Assembly (NCBI GenBank): GCA_041483195.1
Contig: JBGPFC010000005.1
Span: 100,958 to 164,957, forward strand
DNA from: Candidatus Eiseniibacteriota bacterium
GTDB taxonomy: Bacteria > Eisenbacteria > RBG-16-71-46
Reading direction: 5' to 3'
DNA length: 64,000 bases
Position numbers and translations under genes: made by a program. Within the stretch, counting starts at the first letter, position 1. The number at the start of each line of letters is the position of its first letter. Under the pieces are notes generated by a model that saw only the letters and a program-made list of their open reading frames with translations, was not told the origin of the DNA and did not search any database. Below are positions 10,685 to 21,626 of this stretch, piece by piece.

Positions 10685-11346
10685 CCGTGATTCCAGAGCA
10701 GCTTCATGGCGTAGCCTGCGAACAGGGTGATCCCGAGGTTGTCGTCGAGGGGTATCGGCAGGAGCTCGATCAGACTTGCGACCACAGCGCCGGCCAGGGC
10801 CGGGCCCAGCGGCAGCCGCCCGAACGCCGTGACGAATGCGGCCCACGCGAGGCAGACCAGCAGGCATGCGACGAACCCTTCGAGCGACTTGTTGAACAGG
10901 CGGTGACGACCCCAGGCGCGGCCGACGATCGCGGCGACCGCGTCGCCCAGCACGGTGAACCCCAGCGCCGCCGCCGCCACCGGCTGCGGAAAGATCTCGA
11001 TCGCGAGCAGCGCGGCGAGCAGCAGATAGGTCGATCCCAGCAGATTCAGCTGCTCGTGCTCGCGGATCATCTGCCCGAAGAAGCGGCGGAAGAATCCTTT
11101 CACCCGCGGCTCGTGCAGCCGGAGCAGATCGAGCGTGATCGCGCCCACCACCAGGGCGATGAAGAACAGACGGAACTGCGCGCGGCCGCGTGGCCATGGC
11201 AAGACCTGGTAGAGCAGCTCCAGCGGCAGCACCACGAAACTGAGATGAATCGCCTTGCGGCGCAGCTCGGTCAGGACGTGCGGCGCGCGCAGTGGAGCGA
11301 GCGGGTCGGGAGGCGGAGCGGCGCCGGGAGTGTGCACGCCCGTCAT
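10681..11346 (-). CDS. Polyprenol/phytol/diacylglycerol kinase family (CTP-dependent) membrane protein
   Basis: ELRRKAIHL, GDAVAAIVGR, KSLEG, DDNL motifs; multi-TM. Confidence 0.8.
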   Translation of the reverse strand: MTGVHTPGAAPPPDPLAPLRAPHVLTELRRKAIHLSFVVLPLELLYQVLPWPRGRAQFRLFFIALVVGAITLDLLRLHEPRVKGFFRRFFGQMIREHEQLNLLGSTYLLLAALLAIEIFPQPVAAAALGFTVLGDAVAAIVGRAWGRHRLFNKSLEGFVACLLVCLAWAAFVTAFGRLPLGPALAGAVVASLIELLPIPLDDNLGITLFAGYAMKLLWNHG

Positions 11347-11415
11347 CTTATGTCATCCGTGGCGGTGTCGCGGAGCGTGGGCCGCGGCCCCGTTCCGCGG
11401 GCGGCGTGAGCGGGA

Positions 11416-13500
11416 TCATTCCCCGGCGCTCGATCGAGGTCGCAGCTCGCGGTAGGCCTGGCGGCCGGACAGGATCTTCTTCGCGTAATCGCGCGCGTCC
11501 GAGTTCGCCCCCAGCTCGCAGAGCAGCGCGTCGCCGCCCCGCTCGACCAGCGATCGCCACGCGGTCCCGAGGGTCGACGGCCCCGCGTTGTACGCGCACA
11601 GCGCGGCGACCACGTCGCCGTCGAAGCGGTGGAGCAGGCGTTCGAGATAACGCACCCCGAGCCGCACGTTGATCGCGGGATCGAACAGCGACGACTCGGA
11701 CGGCGCGGCCACGTGGAGCTCGCGCGCCACCTCGCGCGCCGTCGCGAGCTTGAGCTGCATCAGCCCGAGCGCGTCGCGGGCCGACCGGGCGCGGAGATCG
11801 AAGCGGCTCTCCTGCCGCACCAGCGCCGCGAGCAGCGCCGGCTCGAGACCCGGTGCATGATCGGCCGCCGCCGAGAGCAGCCGGCCGAACGCCGGCGGAT
11901 ACGCCCACGGGGTCGTCGCCCACTGGGTGGCGGGCGGCCCCGCCGCCGGCATGCGCAGGGCGCGCTCGGCGTAGCCGGTGCCGGTCGCCGGCCGGCCCAT
12001 TTCGAAAGCGAGCCGGGAGGCCGCGAGCAGATCGCCCGGCGCCGGACCGCCCGCTCCGGCGCGGGCGTCGCCGGCGGCCCAGCGCGCGATCAGGAACAGC
12101 GCCTCCTCGCCAGCGCCCGCCGCGGCGAGCGCCTGCGCGGCGCGCACCACGGCGCAGCCCGCGGCGCCGCAACTGTCCTCTGCGACCCGGCCGGGCCAGG
12201 CCGAGAGGCCGAGCGTCTCGCGCGCGGCGACCGCATAGAAGGAGTACCCCGGACGCGCCGCGATCGTGGCGAGCACCGAATCGGAGGCCGCGCGCTCCGC
12301 GGCCCGCCCCGCGATCGCACGCCAGAACCGCGAAGCCTCGTCGGTTGCCAGCGCCCACACCACCCGCGCCGAATCCGCGCGCCCGCTCGCGAACAACATC
12401 AGCCCCGAGCGGAACACGCCGTCGGCACGCCGCATCCGTCCGAGTTCCGCGACGGCCGCGAAGCTCAAGCCCGCGGATTCCCACCGCCCCGCATCCTCGG
12501 CCGCGCGCCCCCGCTCCCACAAAGCAGTCTCCTGCTGCGTGGGGTCGCGGGCGAGATCGGCGGACGCTCCGAACGCTGCGATCGCGGAATCCGGCCGGCC
12601 GGCGTCGCGGTGGATCCGCGCGAGCTCGAGCAGGGCGCGCGCGCGCGCCGAATCCGCGCGCGTCGACCCGATCGCGACGCGCACCGCGGCCTCGGCCGCG
12701 ACGAAGTGACGGGCGCCGCGCTCGACTTCGGCGAGCCGCTCGGCGAGGGCCGGTCTCGCCTCCGGCTCGGACCCGGGGAGCGCGCGCCGGAGCCGCCGCG
12801 CCGCCGACGCGCGATCCCCGCGCAGCACGTCCGCCTCGGCGGCCGCGATCTCGTCCGCCACCGCGAGCGTGTCGCCGCGCGCGCGGAGCAGGGTATCGAG
12901 CGTCCCGAGCGCGCGTGCCGTCGGCGGCTGCGACGGATACACGCGGAGCGCCTGCCGCGCGAACTCCATGGCGCGCGTCGTGTCGCGGAGCGCCGCGCGC
13001 AACCGCACGCGGAGCGCGAGCCATGCCGCCCGCTCCGGATCGGGCCATCCGTCGCGCGACGCGGCCTCGAGCAGCGAATCCGCTCGCGAGGCTTCCCCCC
13101 GCGCGAGCGCCAGGTCGGTGCGCGGGCGGAGCGCCTCCCACGCCCAGACCGAGGCGGCGAGATCGGGCTGCGCCCACAGTGAGTCCGCGCGAGCGGTGTC
13201 GCCGGCCGCGAGCGCGAGCGTCGCGAGATGGTGGAGCGCGGCCGCACGCAGCGCGGGCTGGCCCGAGGCGGTGGCCCAGAACGCAACGCTGTCGGCGGCG
13301 CTCATCCGCGGCGCGGGGGGGCCCCAGATCACCGCGCCGCCCGGGCCCTCGCGGGGGGGCCCGAGCGCGAACGGGATCGATGACGCCGAGTCGGGCGACG
13401 CGATCTTCGCGGCGCCGGCCGCGCCCGCCCGCGCGATCGGAACGGGTGCGAAGGCGACGATCAGCGCCGCGCTCATGCGCAGGACGCCGAGCCGCTTCAT
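11416..13500 (-). CDS. Soluble lytic transglycosylase (Slt70-like)
   Basis: Signal peptide, helical repeats, RQESRF, ALGLMQL, ALCAYNAGP; start overlaps guaA stop. Confidence 0.85.
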   Translation of the reverse strand: MKRLGVLRMSAALIVAFAPVPIARAGAAGAAKIASPDSASSIPFALGPPREGPGGAVIWGPPAPRMSAADSVAFWATASGQPALRAAALHHLATLALAAGDTARADSLWAQPDLAASVWAWEALRPRTDLALARGEASRADSLLEAASRDGWPDPERAAWLALRVRLRAALRDTTRAMEFARQALRVYPSQPPTARALGTLDTLLRARGDTLAVADEIAAAEADVLRGDRASAARRLRRALPGSEPEARPALAERLAEVERGARHFVAAEAAVRVAIGSTRADSARARALLELARIHRDAGRPDSAIAAFGASADLARDPTQQETALWERGRAAEDAGRWESAGLSFAAVAELGRMRRADGVFRSGLMLFASGRADSARVVWALATDEASRFWRAIAGRAAERAASDSVLATIAARPGYSFYAVAARETLGLSAWPGRVAEDSCGAAGCAVVRAAQALAAAGAGEEALFLIARWAAGDARAGAGGPAPGDLLAASRLAFEMGRPATGTGYAERALRMPAAGPPATQWATTPWAYPPAFGRLLSAAADHAPGLEPALLAALVRQESRFDLRARSARDALGLMQLKLATAREVARELHVAAPSESSLFDPAINVRLGVRYLERLLHRFDGDVVAALCAYNAGPSTLGTAWRSLVERGGDALLCELGANSDARDYAKKILSGRQAYRELRPRSSAGE

Positions 13501-15035
13501 TCCCATTCGATCGTCGCGGGCGGCTTGCTGGTGCAGTCGTAGACCACGCGGTTCACGCCCCGCACCTCGTTCGCGATGCGGCTCGCGACGCGCGCGAGCA
13601 GGCTCGCCGGAAGCCGCGTCCAGTCGGCGGTCATTCCGTCGCTCGAGTTCACGGCGCGCAGCGCGATGACCTTCTCGTAGGATCGCTCGTCGCCCTTGAC
13701 GCCGACGGTCTGCACCGGCAGCAGCACCGCGAACGCCTGCCAGGTGCGTCCGTACCATTTCGCGCGGCGCAGCTCCTCGATGAAGATCGCGTCGGCGTTG
13801 CGCAGCACCTCGAGATCCGCCGCGTTCACGGCGCCCAGGGTGCGCACCGCGAGCCCCGGACCCGGGAACGGATGGCGATCCACCAGATGATCGGGCAGCG
13901 AGAGCGCGCGGCCCAGCTCGCGCACCTCGTCCTTGAACAACCAGCGCAGCGGCTCCACCAATTTCAGGTGCATGCGCTTCGGGAGCCCCCCCACGTTGTG
14001 GTGGCTCTTGATGACCTGCGCGCCCCAGCCCGCCGAAGCGCTCTCGATCACGTCCGGGTAGAGCGTGCCCTGCGCGAGGAATTCGACGGGCCCCGCGCGC
14101 CGCGCCTCCTCCTCGAACACCGCAATGAACTCGGCGCCGATGATCTTGCGCTTGCGCTCGGGATCGGTGACCCCGGCCAGCGCGCCGAGGAATCGTTCGC
14201 GCGCGTCCACCACCCGCAGGTCGAGCCCGCGCTTCTCCCCCAGCTCGCGCGCCACCTCCTCCGCCTCGCCGAGCCGCAGCAGGCCGTGGTCCACGAGGAC
14301 GCAGTGCAGGCGCTTGCCCACCGCGCGATGGCAGAGGGTCGCGACCACCGAGCTGTCCACGCCGCCCGAGAGGCCGCACAGGATGCGGCCCTTTCCCACC
14401 TGCGCGCGAATGTCGGCGACCGCGCGGCGGAGAAAACTCTTCATGCTCCAGCCGCCCCTGAGGCCCGCGATCTCGAACAGGAAATTGGAGAGCACCCGCC
14501 TGCCGTACGGCGAATGCACCACCTCCGGATGGAATTGAATGAGATGAAACGGGAGCTGCTCGTGCATCGCGGCGGCGAACGCGCAGTTCGAGGTGTGCGC
14601 GATCCGCGTCCAGCCCGACGGGAGCGCCTGCACTTCATCCCCGTGGCTCATCCATGCACGAAATCGCTTCGGCACGCCCGTGAACAGCGGCGAGCGGCGA
14701 TCCTGCACGAAGGTGGCGGTCCCGTATTCCGCCCGCTCGGCCTTCGCCAGCACCCCGCCCATCAGCTGCATCGTCGCCTGGAAGCCGTAGCAGATTCCGA
14801 GCAGCGGCCGGCCGAGGCCGTAGATGCCGGGATCGGGCATGGGCGCCTCCGCGCGATAGCCGGAGGCCGGCGAGCCGCCGAGGATCAGCGCGCTCGGACG
14901 CTTCGCCTCGATCGCGGCGAGCGGCGTGTTGCCCGGCACGATCTCGGAGTAAACCCCCAGCTCGCGCACGCGCCGCGCGATGAGCTGCGTGTACTGCGAG
15001 CCGAAATCGAGGATGAGAACCAGTTCGCGGGGCAA
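13497..15035 (-). CDS. guaA: GMP synthase (glutamine-hydrolysing)
   Basis: ILDFGSQY, GICYG, QFHPEV, LSGGVDS, IKSHHNVGG, SKPPATIEWE; TTG start after GAAGGAG (alternative ATG 15074). Confidence 0.97.
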   Translation of the reverse strand: MPRELVLILDFGSQYTQLIARRVRELGVYSEIVPGNTPLAAIEAKRPSALILGGSPASGYRAEAPMPDPGIYGLGRPLLGICYGFQATMQLMGGVLAKAERAEYGTATFVQDRRSPLFTGVPKRFRAWMSHGDEVQALPSGWTRIAHTSNCAFAAAMHEQLPFHLIQFHPEVVHSPYGRRVLSNFLFEIAGLRGGWSMKSFLRRAVADIRAQVGKGRILCGLSGGVDSSVVATLCHRAVGKRLHCVLVDHGLLRLGEAEEVARELGEKRGLDLRVVDARERFLGALAGVTDPERKRKIIGAEFIAVFEEEARRAGPVEFLAQGTLYPDVIESASAGWGAQVIKSHHNVGGLPKRMHLKLVEPLRWLFKDEVRELGRALSLPDHLVDRHPFPGPGLAVRTLGAVNAADLEVLRNADAIFIEELRRAKWYGRTWQAFAVLLPVQTVGVKGDERSYEKVIALRAVNSSDGMTADWTRLPASLLARVASRIANEVRGVNRVVYDCTSKPPATIEWE

Positions 15036-15103
15036 GACACTCCTTCTATCGATGCGTGAAGCGGGGGACTTCATGACGAAGCGCCGGACGGGAACGGGCC
15101 CGC

Positions 15104-16693
15104 TCAATGCCGGAACGTCCTCCGATCGGTGAAGCACATGGCGATGCGATGCGCGTCGCAGGCCGCGATCACCTCAGCGTCGCGCATCGAGCCGCCGGGC
15201 TGCACCACGGCCGCGATACCCGCGGCGGCGGCGTGCTCGATGTTGTCGGCGAATGGAAAGAACCCGTCGCTGGCGAGCGCCGCGCCGCGCAGGTCGTGCT
15301 CGGAGCGCCGCGCCTTCATGAGCGCGACGTCCACGGCGTCCACGCGGCTGGTCTGGCCCGAGCCGAGCCCGATCAGCGCCTCACCGCGCGCGATGGCGAT
15401 GGCGTTCGAGCGCGCGGAGGCCGCGATCTCCCATGCGAAGCGCATCGCGAGCATCTCCTCGGCGGTCGGCGGGCGAGCCGTGACGGTCTTCCATTCTGGC
15501 GCGGGATCCGAGGCCTCGCCCTCCAGCAGAGCCCACATGCCCGTGAGGCGCAACGACCACGGGTCGAGCGGCCGAACGTCCTCCGCAGCAAGCCGTAACG
15601 CCCGGAGGTTCTTCCTCGACTTCAAGGGGGTCTCCGCGGCCTCCGCGAACCCGGGCGCGGCCACGCACTCGACGAAATGCCTCGCGAGCCGGGCCGCGGT
15701 CTCGCCGTCGAGCTCCCGGTTGAACGCGACGATGCCGCCGTAGGCCGAGAGCTCGTCGGAGCGCAGCGCGGCGTCCCACGCGCCGGCGAGCGATGGCGCG
15801 CATGCCGCGCCGCATGGCTGAGTGTGCTTCACGATCACGCACGCCGGCCGTGCGAAGCGTGAGACCAGGGCGACCGCCGCCTCGAGGTCGAGGAGATTGT
15901 TGTACGAAAGCTCCTTGCCCTCCCGCCACGCCTCGAGCGCTGCGGCCTCCCCCGCACGCGCGTAGAGCGCGGCGGGTTGATGCGGGTTCTCGCCGTAGCG
16001 CAGGCCCCGCGCGCGCTCGAGCGCGAGGAAGTAGACGGCGGGCGGCGCCGCGGCGACCGCGCCGGCCGGTTCGCCTTCGCGCGCCAGTCGCCGGGCTTCG
16101 TCGCGCCGGGCGAGCTCGCTCGCGATGACGGCGTCGTATCGCGCGGTGCGCGCGAACGCCTTCATCGCCCACCCGCGGCGCGCCTCGAGCGTCACGCCCT
16201 TCGCGAGCGCGGCGAGCACCTCCTCGTACTGACTCGGGTCGTGCACCACGATCACGTCCCGAAAGTTCTTGGCCGCCGCCCGCAGCAGCGCGACGCCGCC
16301 GATGTCGATCTCCTCGATCGCTCCCGCCTCGTCGAGTGACGCCGCGCGCGTCTCGAACGGATAGAGGGAGACCGCGACCAGATCGATGGGCTCGAGCCCG
16401 CGCTCCGCGAGCGCCGCGAGATCGGCCGGCGCGTCGCGCCGCGCGAGGATCGGCGCGTGCACGTCGGGATGGAGCGTCTTCACTCTCCCGCCCAGCAGCT
16501 CGCCGAAGCCGGTCCGGCCTTCGAGCGGAGTGGCGGCGACGCCGGCCGCGGAGAGTTGAGAGGCGGTGCCGCCCGAGGCGAGGATGCGCGTGCCGCGCGC
16601 CGTAAGCGCGCGTGCGAACTCGGCGGCGCCGCGCTTGTCGTGGAGCGAGAGCAGCGCCACGCGCGGCCAGGCGGCGGGGGCCCGATCGGTCAC
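15104..16693 (-). CDS. purH: Bifunctional AICAR transformylase / IMP cyclohydrolase
   Basis: GGRVKTLHP, EEIDIGG, LRYGENPHQ, ASDGFFPF, QPGGSMRD, RTFRH. Confidence 0.96.
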   Translation of the reverse strand: MTDRAPAAWPRVALLSLHDKRGAAEFARALTARGTRILASGGTASQLSAAGVAATPLEGRTGFGELLGGRVKTLHPDVHAPILARRDAPADLAALAERGLEPIDLVAVSLYPFETRAASLDEAGAIEEIDIGGVALLRAAAKNFRDVIVVHDPSQYEEVLAALAKGVTLEARRGWAMKAFARTARYDAVIASELARRDEARRLAREGEPAGAVAAAPPAVYFLALERARGLRYGENPHQPAALYARAGEAAALEAWREGKELSYNNLLDLEAAVALVSRFARPACVIVKHTQPCGAACAPSLAGAWDAALRSDELSAYGGIVAFNRELDGETAARLARHFVECVAAPGFAEAAETPLKSRKNLRALRLAAEDVRPLDPWSLRLTGMWALLEGEASDPAPEWKTVTARPPTAEEMLAMRFAWEIAASARSNAIAIARGEALIGLGSGQTSRVDAVDVALMKARRSEHDLRGAALASDGFFPFADNIEHAAAAGIAAVVQPGGSMRDAEVIAACDAHRIAMCFTDRRTFRH

Positions 16694-17625
16694 CGTGGCT
16701 TGCCCATCAATCGCCGCAGCGCCTCGAGATAGCGCTCCTGCGTGCGGATCACGATCTCCGCGGGCAGCGCCGGCGCCGGCGGATCGTGATTCCAGCCGCT
16801 TCGGTCCAGCCAGTCGCGCACCACCTGCTTGTCGAACGAGTGCAGCCGTCCGTTCTCGAACTCCTCGCGATCCCAGTAGCGCGACGAATCGGGGGTGAGC
16901 GCCTCGTCGATCAACACCCGATCGTCGCCGATCGTCCCGAATTCGAACTTGGTGTCGGCGAGCACCAACCCCCGCGCCCACGCCCAGGCCCGCGCCTCCT
17001 CGTAGATCGCGACGCTCCTCGTGCGCAGCGCATCGGCAGTCGCCGCGCCGATCAACTCGCTCATGCGCTCGAAGCCGATATTCTCGTCGTGCCCGGCGTC
17101 GGCCTTGGTGGCCGGCGTGAAGATGGCGGGCTCCAGCCTCGACCCGTCCTTCAATCCCGCGGGGAGCGCGATGCCGCACACCGCGCCGCGCTCGCGGTAC
17201 TCGCGCCAGCCCGATCCGGTGAGGTAACCGCGCACCACGCACTCGATGTCGGTGCGCCGCGCGCGCCGCACCAGCTGGGCTCGCCCCGCCAGCAGGCCGG
17301 CGTGCGCGTTGAACGGCGGCGGAAACACGCGCGGATCGTCGGTCACGAAGTGATGAGGGGAGGCGGTCGTCAGCGACCGCATCCAGAATGCCGAGATGTG
17401 AGAGAGGATCGCGCCCTTCCCCGGGATCGGGGTGGGCAGGATCGAGTCGTACGCCGAGAGCCGGTCGCTCGCGACGATCACCAGGTGATCGGGCCCGGCC
17501 TCGTAGATGGAACGCACCTTGCCGCGGCGCCAGGGTTCGAGGCCCGGGATGCGCACCTCCATGACGGCGCGCGCGGGGTCGAGCAACTCGGATGGAACCG
17601 CGATGCGGGTGCTGGTGACGTCCAT
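16690..17625 (-). CDS. purC: SAICAR synthetase
   Basis: GKVRSIY, SDRLSAYD, IECVVRGYLTGSGW, ADTKFEFG, DEALTPDSSRYW. Confidence 0.96.
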   Translation of the reverse strand: MDVTSTRIAVPSELLDPARAVMEVRIPGLEPWRRGKVRSIYEAGPDHLVIVASDRLSAYDSILPTPIPGKGAILSHISAFWMRSLTTASPHHFVTDDPRVFPPPFNAHAGLLAGRAQLVRRARRTDIECVVRGYLTGSGWREYRERGAVCGIALPAGLKDGSRLEPAIFTPATKADAGHDENIGFERMSELIGAATADALRTRSVAIYEEARAWAWARGLVLADTKFEFGTIGDDRVLIDEALTPDSSRYWDREEFENGRLHSFDKQVVRDWLDRSGWNHDPPAPALPAEIVIRTQERYLEALRRLMGKPR

Positions 17626-17665
17626 GGTCTCTCCTCCCGCCCTCTCGCGCCGGCGCGGCCGACGG

Positions 17666-18421
17666 CTATCGAGGTACCCGACTCCCCGTCCTGCCGATCT
17701 CGAAGTGAGCCGGGAGCCACCCCGGAAGCTGCTCGATGCGCGCGAGCGATGCAATGCCCGCCTCGCCGTAGTCCCCGTATGGATCGATGAGCACGAAGTG
17801 CATCGCCGCCGCGCGTGAACCGGCTTCGTCAACGGAGCGAATGTCTCCAACGTAGAGCGCGTGCCCGGGCGCGACCCCGAGCCGGCCGAGCGCGATTCGG
17901 AAGATCGCGGGATCGGGCTTTTCAACGCCGACCAGCTGCGAGTCCACCACGAACTCGAGCCCCGCCCGCACGCCGCACTGCTCGAGATGCCATTCCGCGC
18001 GGCCGTCGGAGTTCGAGACGCATGCGCACCGCATGCCGAGCGCCGAGAGCCCATCGAGCGCATCGCGCGCGCCCTCCATGGGCCGCGTCCACAGGCCCTC
18101 GCCGAGCTGCCGCGCGAACCAGCGGCCGATCACCGCCTCGCGAGCGGGCGCCTCGACCCCCGCCGCCTCCAGCATGCCGCCGAAGTAGGCGCGCGTGTCG
18201 CCATGCGTCCCGAGCGGCGGATGCGGCTCGCCATCGCGCCGCGCGTGACCGCGGCTGCGGTCGTAGGCGCGGCGCCCCGCGATCTCGGCGCGGCGCAGCG
18301 CCTCCGCCCCGAGCGGCGTGCCGAGGGCACCCACCTGCTCGGCCATCCACTCGAAGTCGAGCCGCAGCAGGGTACCGCCCGCGTCGAACACGACCGCGTC
18401 GAGCCGCGGCCGCTCAGCCAT
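17666..18421 (-). CDS. HAD-superfamily hydrolase
   Basis: VVFDAGGTL, VSNSD, EKPDPAIF, VGD motifs. Confidence 0.85.
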   Translation of the reverse strand: MAERPRLDAVVFDAGGTLLRLDFEWMAEQVGALGTPLGAEALRRAEIAGRRAYDRSRGHARRDGEPHPPLGTHGDTRAYFGGMLEAAGVEAPAREAVIGRWFARQLGEGLWTRPMEGARDALDGLSALGMRCACVSNSDGRAEWHLEQCGVRAGLEFVVDSQLVGVEKPDPAIFRIALGRLGVAPGHALYVGDIRSVDEAGSRAAAMHFVLIDPYGDYGEAGIASLARIEQLPGWLPAHFEIGRTGSRVPR

Positions 18422-19076
18422 GCGTGGCCTCGCCCGCGCGCGCGTCCGATGCTTCGGCGGATTCGAACACGACGCGCCGTCCGTCGCGACGCCATGATTC
18501 CCGCAGCATGCGCCGCACCGTCGCGGGAAACAGACGATGCTCCGCCTCGTGCATGCGCGCCTCGAGCGCCGCGAGTGAATCGTCGTCTCGCACCTCGACG
18601 GGAGCCTGAGCGAGAATCGGTCCGGCGTCGAGCGCGTCGTCCACCAGGTGCACGGTGCAGCCCGTCACGCGCACCCCGTGGTCCAGCGCCCTGCGGATGG
18701 CGTCGAGTCCCGGGAACGCGGGGAGCAGGGACGGATGAATGTTCAGGACCCGATCCGGAAACGCATCGAGCAGCGGCCGATGCAGGCGGCGCATGAATCC
18801 CGCGAGCAGCACCAGCTCTGCGCCGTGCGCACGCAGCGCATCGATCCAGGGGCGCTCGTCCTCGAGACGGGTGCGATAGCCGCCGGTCGGCGGCGTGAGG
18901 CTCTCGATGCCGAAACGGCGCGCGCGCTCGATCACCGGCGCACCCGGTCGGTCGCACAGCAGCAGGGCGATTCGTCCACCCAGCTCTCCGCGCGCGGCCG
19001 CGAGGGCGAGCGCTTCGAAGTTGCTGCCCGTGCCCGAAGCGAGCACCGCGAGCGTGGCGGGTGAAGAGAAGTGCAC
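18414..19076 (-). CDS. purN: Phosphoribosylglycinamide formyltransferase
   Basis: ASGTGSNFEAL, LAGFMR, NIHPSLLPAFPG, GCTVH..DAGPI; start approximate. Confidence 0.95.
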   Translation of the reverse strand: MHFSSPATLAVLASGTGSNFEALALAAARGELGGRIALLLCDRPGAPVIERARRFGIESLTPPTGGYRTRLEDERPWIDALRAHGAELVLLAGFMRRLHRPLLDAFPDRVLNIHPSLLPAFPGLDAIRRALDHGVRVTGCTVHLVDDALDAGPILAQAPVEVRDDDSLAALEARMHEAEHRLFPATVRRMLRESWRRDGRRVVFESAEASDARAGEATHG

Positions 19077-19084
19077 GCCGCAAT

Positions 19085-21496
19085 CTACCAGCGGGCCGGA
19101 GGGCGGGCAAGCGTCGCGCCGCATCGCGCGGCGGATGATGGCGCCGTCTCGACGCCCGCGGCTCGCACGCCGCGCCGCCAGTCGAGCGCCGTCGCGCCGG
19201 CGTCCGACATCTCGAACCACAGCGCGCCTTCACGGTCGGTGCGATGGATTCGCGCGCCGCTCGCGAGCAGCCGCGCCACCGCGCCGGCGTCGGGATGGCC
19301 GAACGGATTGTGCATGCCGCACGAGATCACGGCGTCCCCCGCACGAAGTCCCCGCAGGAACGCGGCGCCGCTGGAGGAGCCGGAGCCGTGATGCGCGACC
19401 TTGAGCAGCGCGATGCCGGGCGCCACCCGCAGCGAGGCCTCGGCCGCGCTGTCGGCATCCGCGAGCAGCAGCGCGCGTCCGCGTGCGGCGCCCGCCTCGA
19501 TGACGAGCACGGCGCCGTTGTCGGTGCGGATCTCCGCCGCCTCCGCGTCCCCGGGACGTGGCGGCCACAACACGACCAGCGGCGGCGCCGAGCGGAGCGT
19601 GTCGCCGCGCGCGCGCGGCTCGGCGCCGAAGCGCCGCGCGGGGCCCGCGACCAGCGGCAACGGAGCGGGCGCCAGGATCCGCATCACGTGCACGCCGCGA
19701 CGCACCGCGTCCGCGCCCCCGGTATGATCGCCGTCGTCGTGCGTGAGCGCGAGCGTCTCGAGCCGGCGCACCGCGGCCCAGCGCATGAAGGGCAGCACGA
19801 CGCTCTCGCCCGCGTCAACGTGCGGGGTGCGCGGGCCCGCGTCGATCAGCCACCATCCGTCCTCGAACCCGAGCGCGAGCGCGTCGCCCTGTCCCACGTC
19901 GAGCGCGACCAGCCACCAGCGACCCGCGGGGGGAGCGAGCGGCCGCACGGTAGACGCCAGCAGCAGCGCGATCGCGACCAGCGTCGCTCCCAGACCCCCG
20001 GTCGCGACGCGCGCGCGAGGCGCAGCTTCCCGCGCGCGCTCCAGATCGCGGGGCGTGGAGACCGCGATCGCGATCAGCGCGGCTCCCGCGCCGGCGACGA
20101 TCGTGACGCCGGGCTCGCATCCGACTCCGACCATCGCGCCCGGCGCGCGGGCCGCGAGGGTCGCGATGCCGCGCAGCGCGGCGGCGAGCGCGTTACAGGC
20201 GTCGTACCACGGCGCGCCCGCGCCCGGCAGCGCGCAGTCCATGAGCGACGCCAGCCACGCCGCGGTGAGCAGCAGTCCCGAGACCGGGACCGCAACCAGA
20301 TTCGCGAAAGCGCCCACCCACGAGATCGCGTGAAAGCGCGCCATCAGGAGCGGCATCGCGGTGAGCTGCGCGCTCAGGGTCGGAAGCAAGGGCGCCGCGA
20401 GGCGCCGCCAGCGTCCGCAGCGCGCGCCCAGCCACGGACCCACGGTCACGAGCCCGAGCACCGCCCCGAACGATAGCTGGAAGCCGAGGTCGCCCGACCA
20501 GCCCGGGGCGACCGCGAGCAGCGCGAGCGCGGAGAGCGCCAGCGCCTGCAGCGGATCGAGCGCGAGATCCATCACGCGCGCCCACGCGAGCAGGGCCTCG
20601 CCCGCCGCCGCGCGCGCGAGCGAGGGCAGGGGACCCGCGAGCGCGACGTACCCCAGCGCGCACAGCCCCCCGGCGAGCGCCCGGGCGCGCGGTCCCCCGC
20701 CCAGCGTCCCGCAAGCTGCGCGAGCGAGCGCCGCGAGCCATGCCACGTGCAACCCCGAGAGCGCGAGCAGGTGGATGATGCCAGCGGCGCGCAGCCGCGC
20801 GTTGAGCGCAGGCGAGAGCGCAGAACGATCGCCGACCACGAGCGGCACCACCAGCTCGCGCGACTCGGGAGTGAGATGGATCGCGAAGCGGCGCTCGAAC
20901 GCACGACGCCAGCGCGCGGCGGTCGCGCGCGGCAGCGCGTACACGCCTCGCCCGCGAGACGCCACCGCGTCGGGCGCGTGCCCGCTCGCGACCAGCCCCC
21001 CGGCCTCCGCCACCGCGCGCGCATCGAATCCGCCCGGGTTCCGCAAAGCTGAGGGCGGATCGAGCAGGGCGAGGGCCTCGATCGCGTCGCCCCATTCGGC
21101 GCCGCTGCCGGCCGGCAAGCGAACGCGCACCCGCGCCCCGCGAGGAAGCGGCGGCGCCGAGCCGCTCACCGCGATGATCGCGACCGGCTCATCCGATTCG
21201 CGAAGCGGCGGCTCGACCACCCGTCCCCGGATTCGAATCAGCGCGCCGGGTGGCGCGAGCGCGAGCCGCGCGCGCTCGAGAGCCAGATGATGCGCGGCGC
21301 CGCGCGCTCCGCCCGCGAGCGCGAGCGCGAGGACGAGGGCGAGCGTCCCGGTGCGATCCGGCGACCGCCACGCGATCAGGGCGAGCGGCATCAACGCCGC
21401 GAGCGCGGCGAGCGCCGCGGCCGGCGAGCGCCCCGGACCGCACATCATTCCGAGCCACACCGCGATCGCCGCCGGCACCGCGCATCGCCCGCCCAT
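19085..21496 (-). CDS. comEC: ComEC/Rec2 competence DNA channel with MBL domain
   Basis: NPGGFD, HLLALSGLHV, GFQLSF, DVGQGDA, THDDGDHTGG, KVAHHGS, NPFGHP. Confidence 0.9.
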   Translation of the reverse strand: MGGRCAVPAAIAVWLGMMCGPGRSPAAALAALAALMPLALIAWRSPDRTGTLALVLALALAGGARGAAHHLALERARLALAPPGALIRIRGRVVEPPLRESDEPVAIIAVSGSAPPLPRGARVRVRLPAGSGAEWGDAIEALALLDPPSALRNPGGFDARAVAEAGGLVASGHAPDAVASRGRGVYALPRATAARWRRAFERRFAIHLTPESRELVVPLVVGDRSALSPALNARLRAAGIIHLLALSGLHVAWLAALARAACGTLGGGPRARALAGGLCALGYVALAGPLPSLARAAAGEALLAWARVMDLALDPLQALALSALALLAVAPGWSGDLGFQLSFGAVLGLVTVGPWLGARCGRWRRLAAPLLPTLSAQLTAMPLLMARFHAISWVGAFANLVAVPVSGLLLTAAWLASLMDCALPGAGAPWYDACNALAAALRGIATLAARAPGAMVGVGCEPGVTIVAGAGAALIAIAVSTPRDLERAREAAPRARVATGGLGATLVAIALLLASTVRPLAPPAGRWWLVALDVGQGDALALGFEDGWWLIDAGPRTPHVDAGESVVLPFMRWAAVRRLETLALTHDDGDHTGGADAVRRGVHVMRILAPAPLPLVAGPARRFGAEPRARGDTLRSAPPLVVLWPPRPGDAEAAEIRTDNGAVLVIEAGAARGRALLLADADSAAEASLRVAPGIALLKVAHHGSGSSSGAAFLRGLRAGDAVISCGMHNPFGHPDAGAVARLLASGARIHRTDREGALWFEMSDAGATALDWRRGVRAAGVETAPSSAARCGATLARPPARW

Positions 21497-21626
21497 GCCG
21501 CTGCCGAGCGAAAGAGGCGTGCCAGCGTGCGCCGGGCGCGACGCCCGTCCCGCGCAAGGACTTGCCAGGAAGCAACGGGCGGCCGCCCTCCACGACGAGG
21601 ACGGCGGCCGCCCCGGAAGCGTCAGC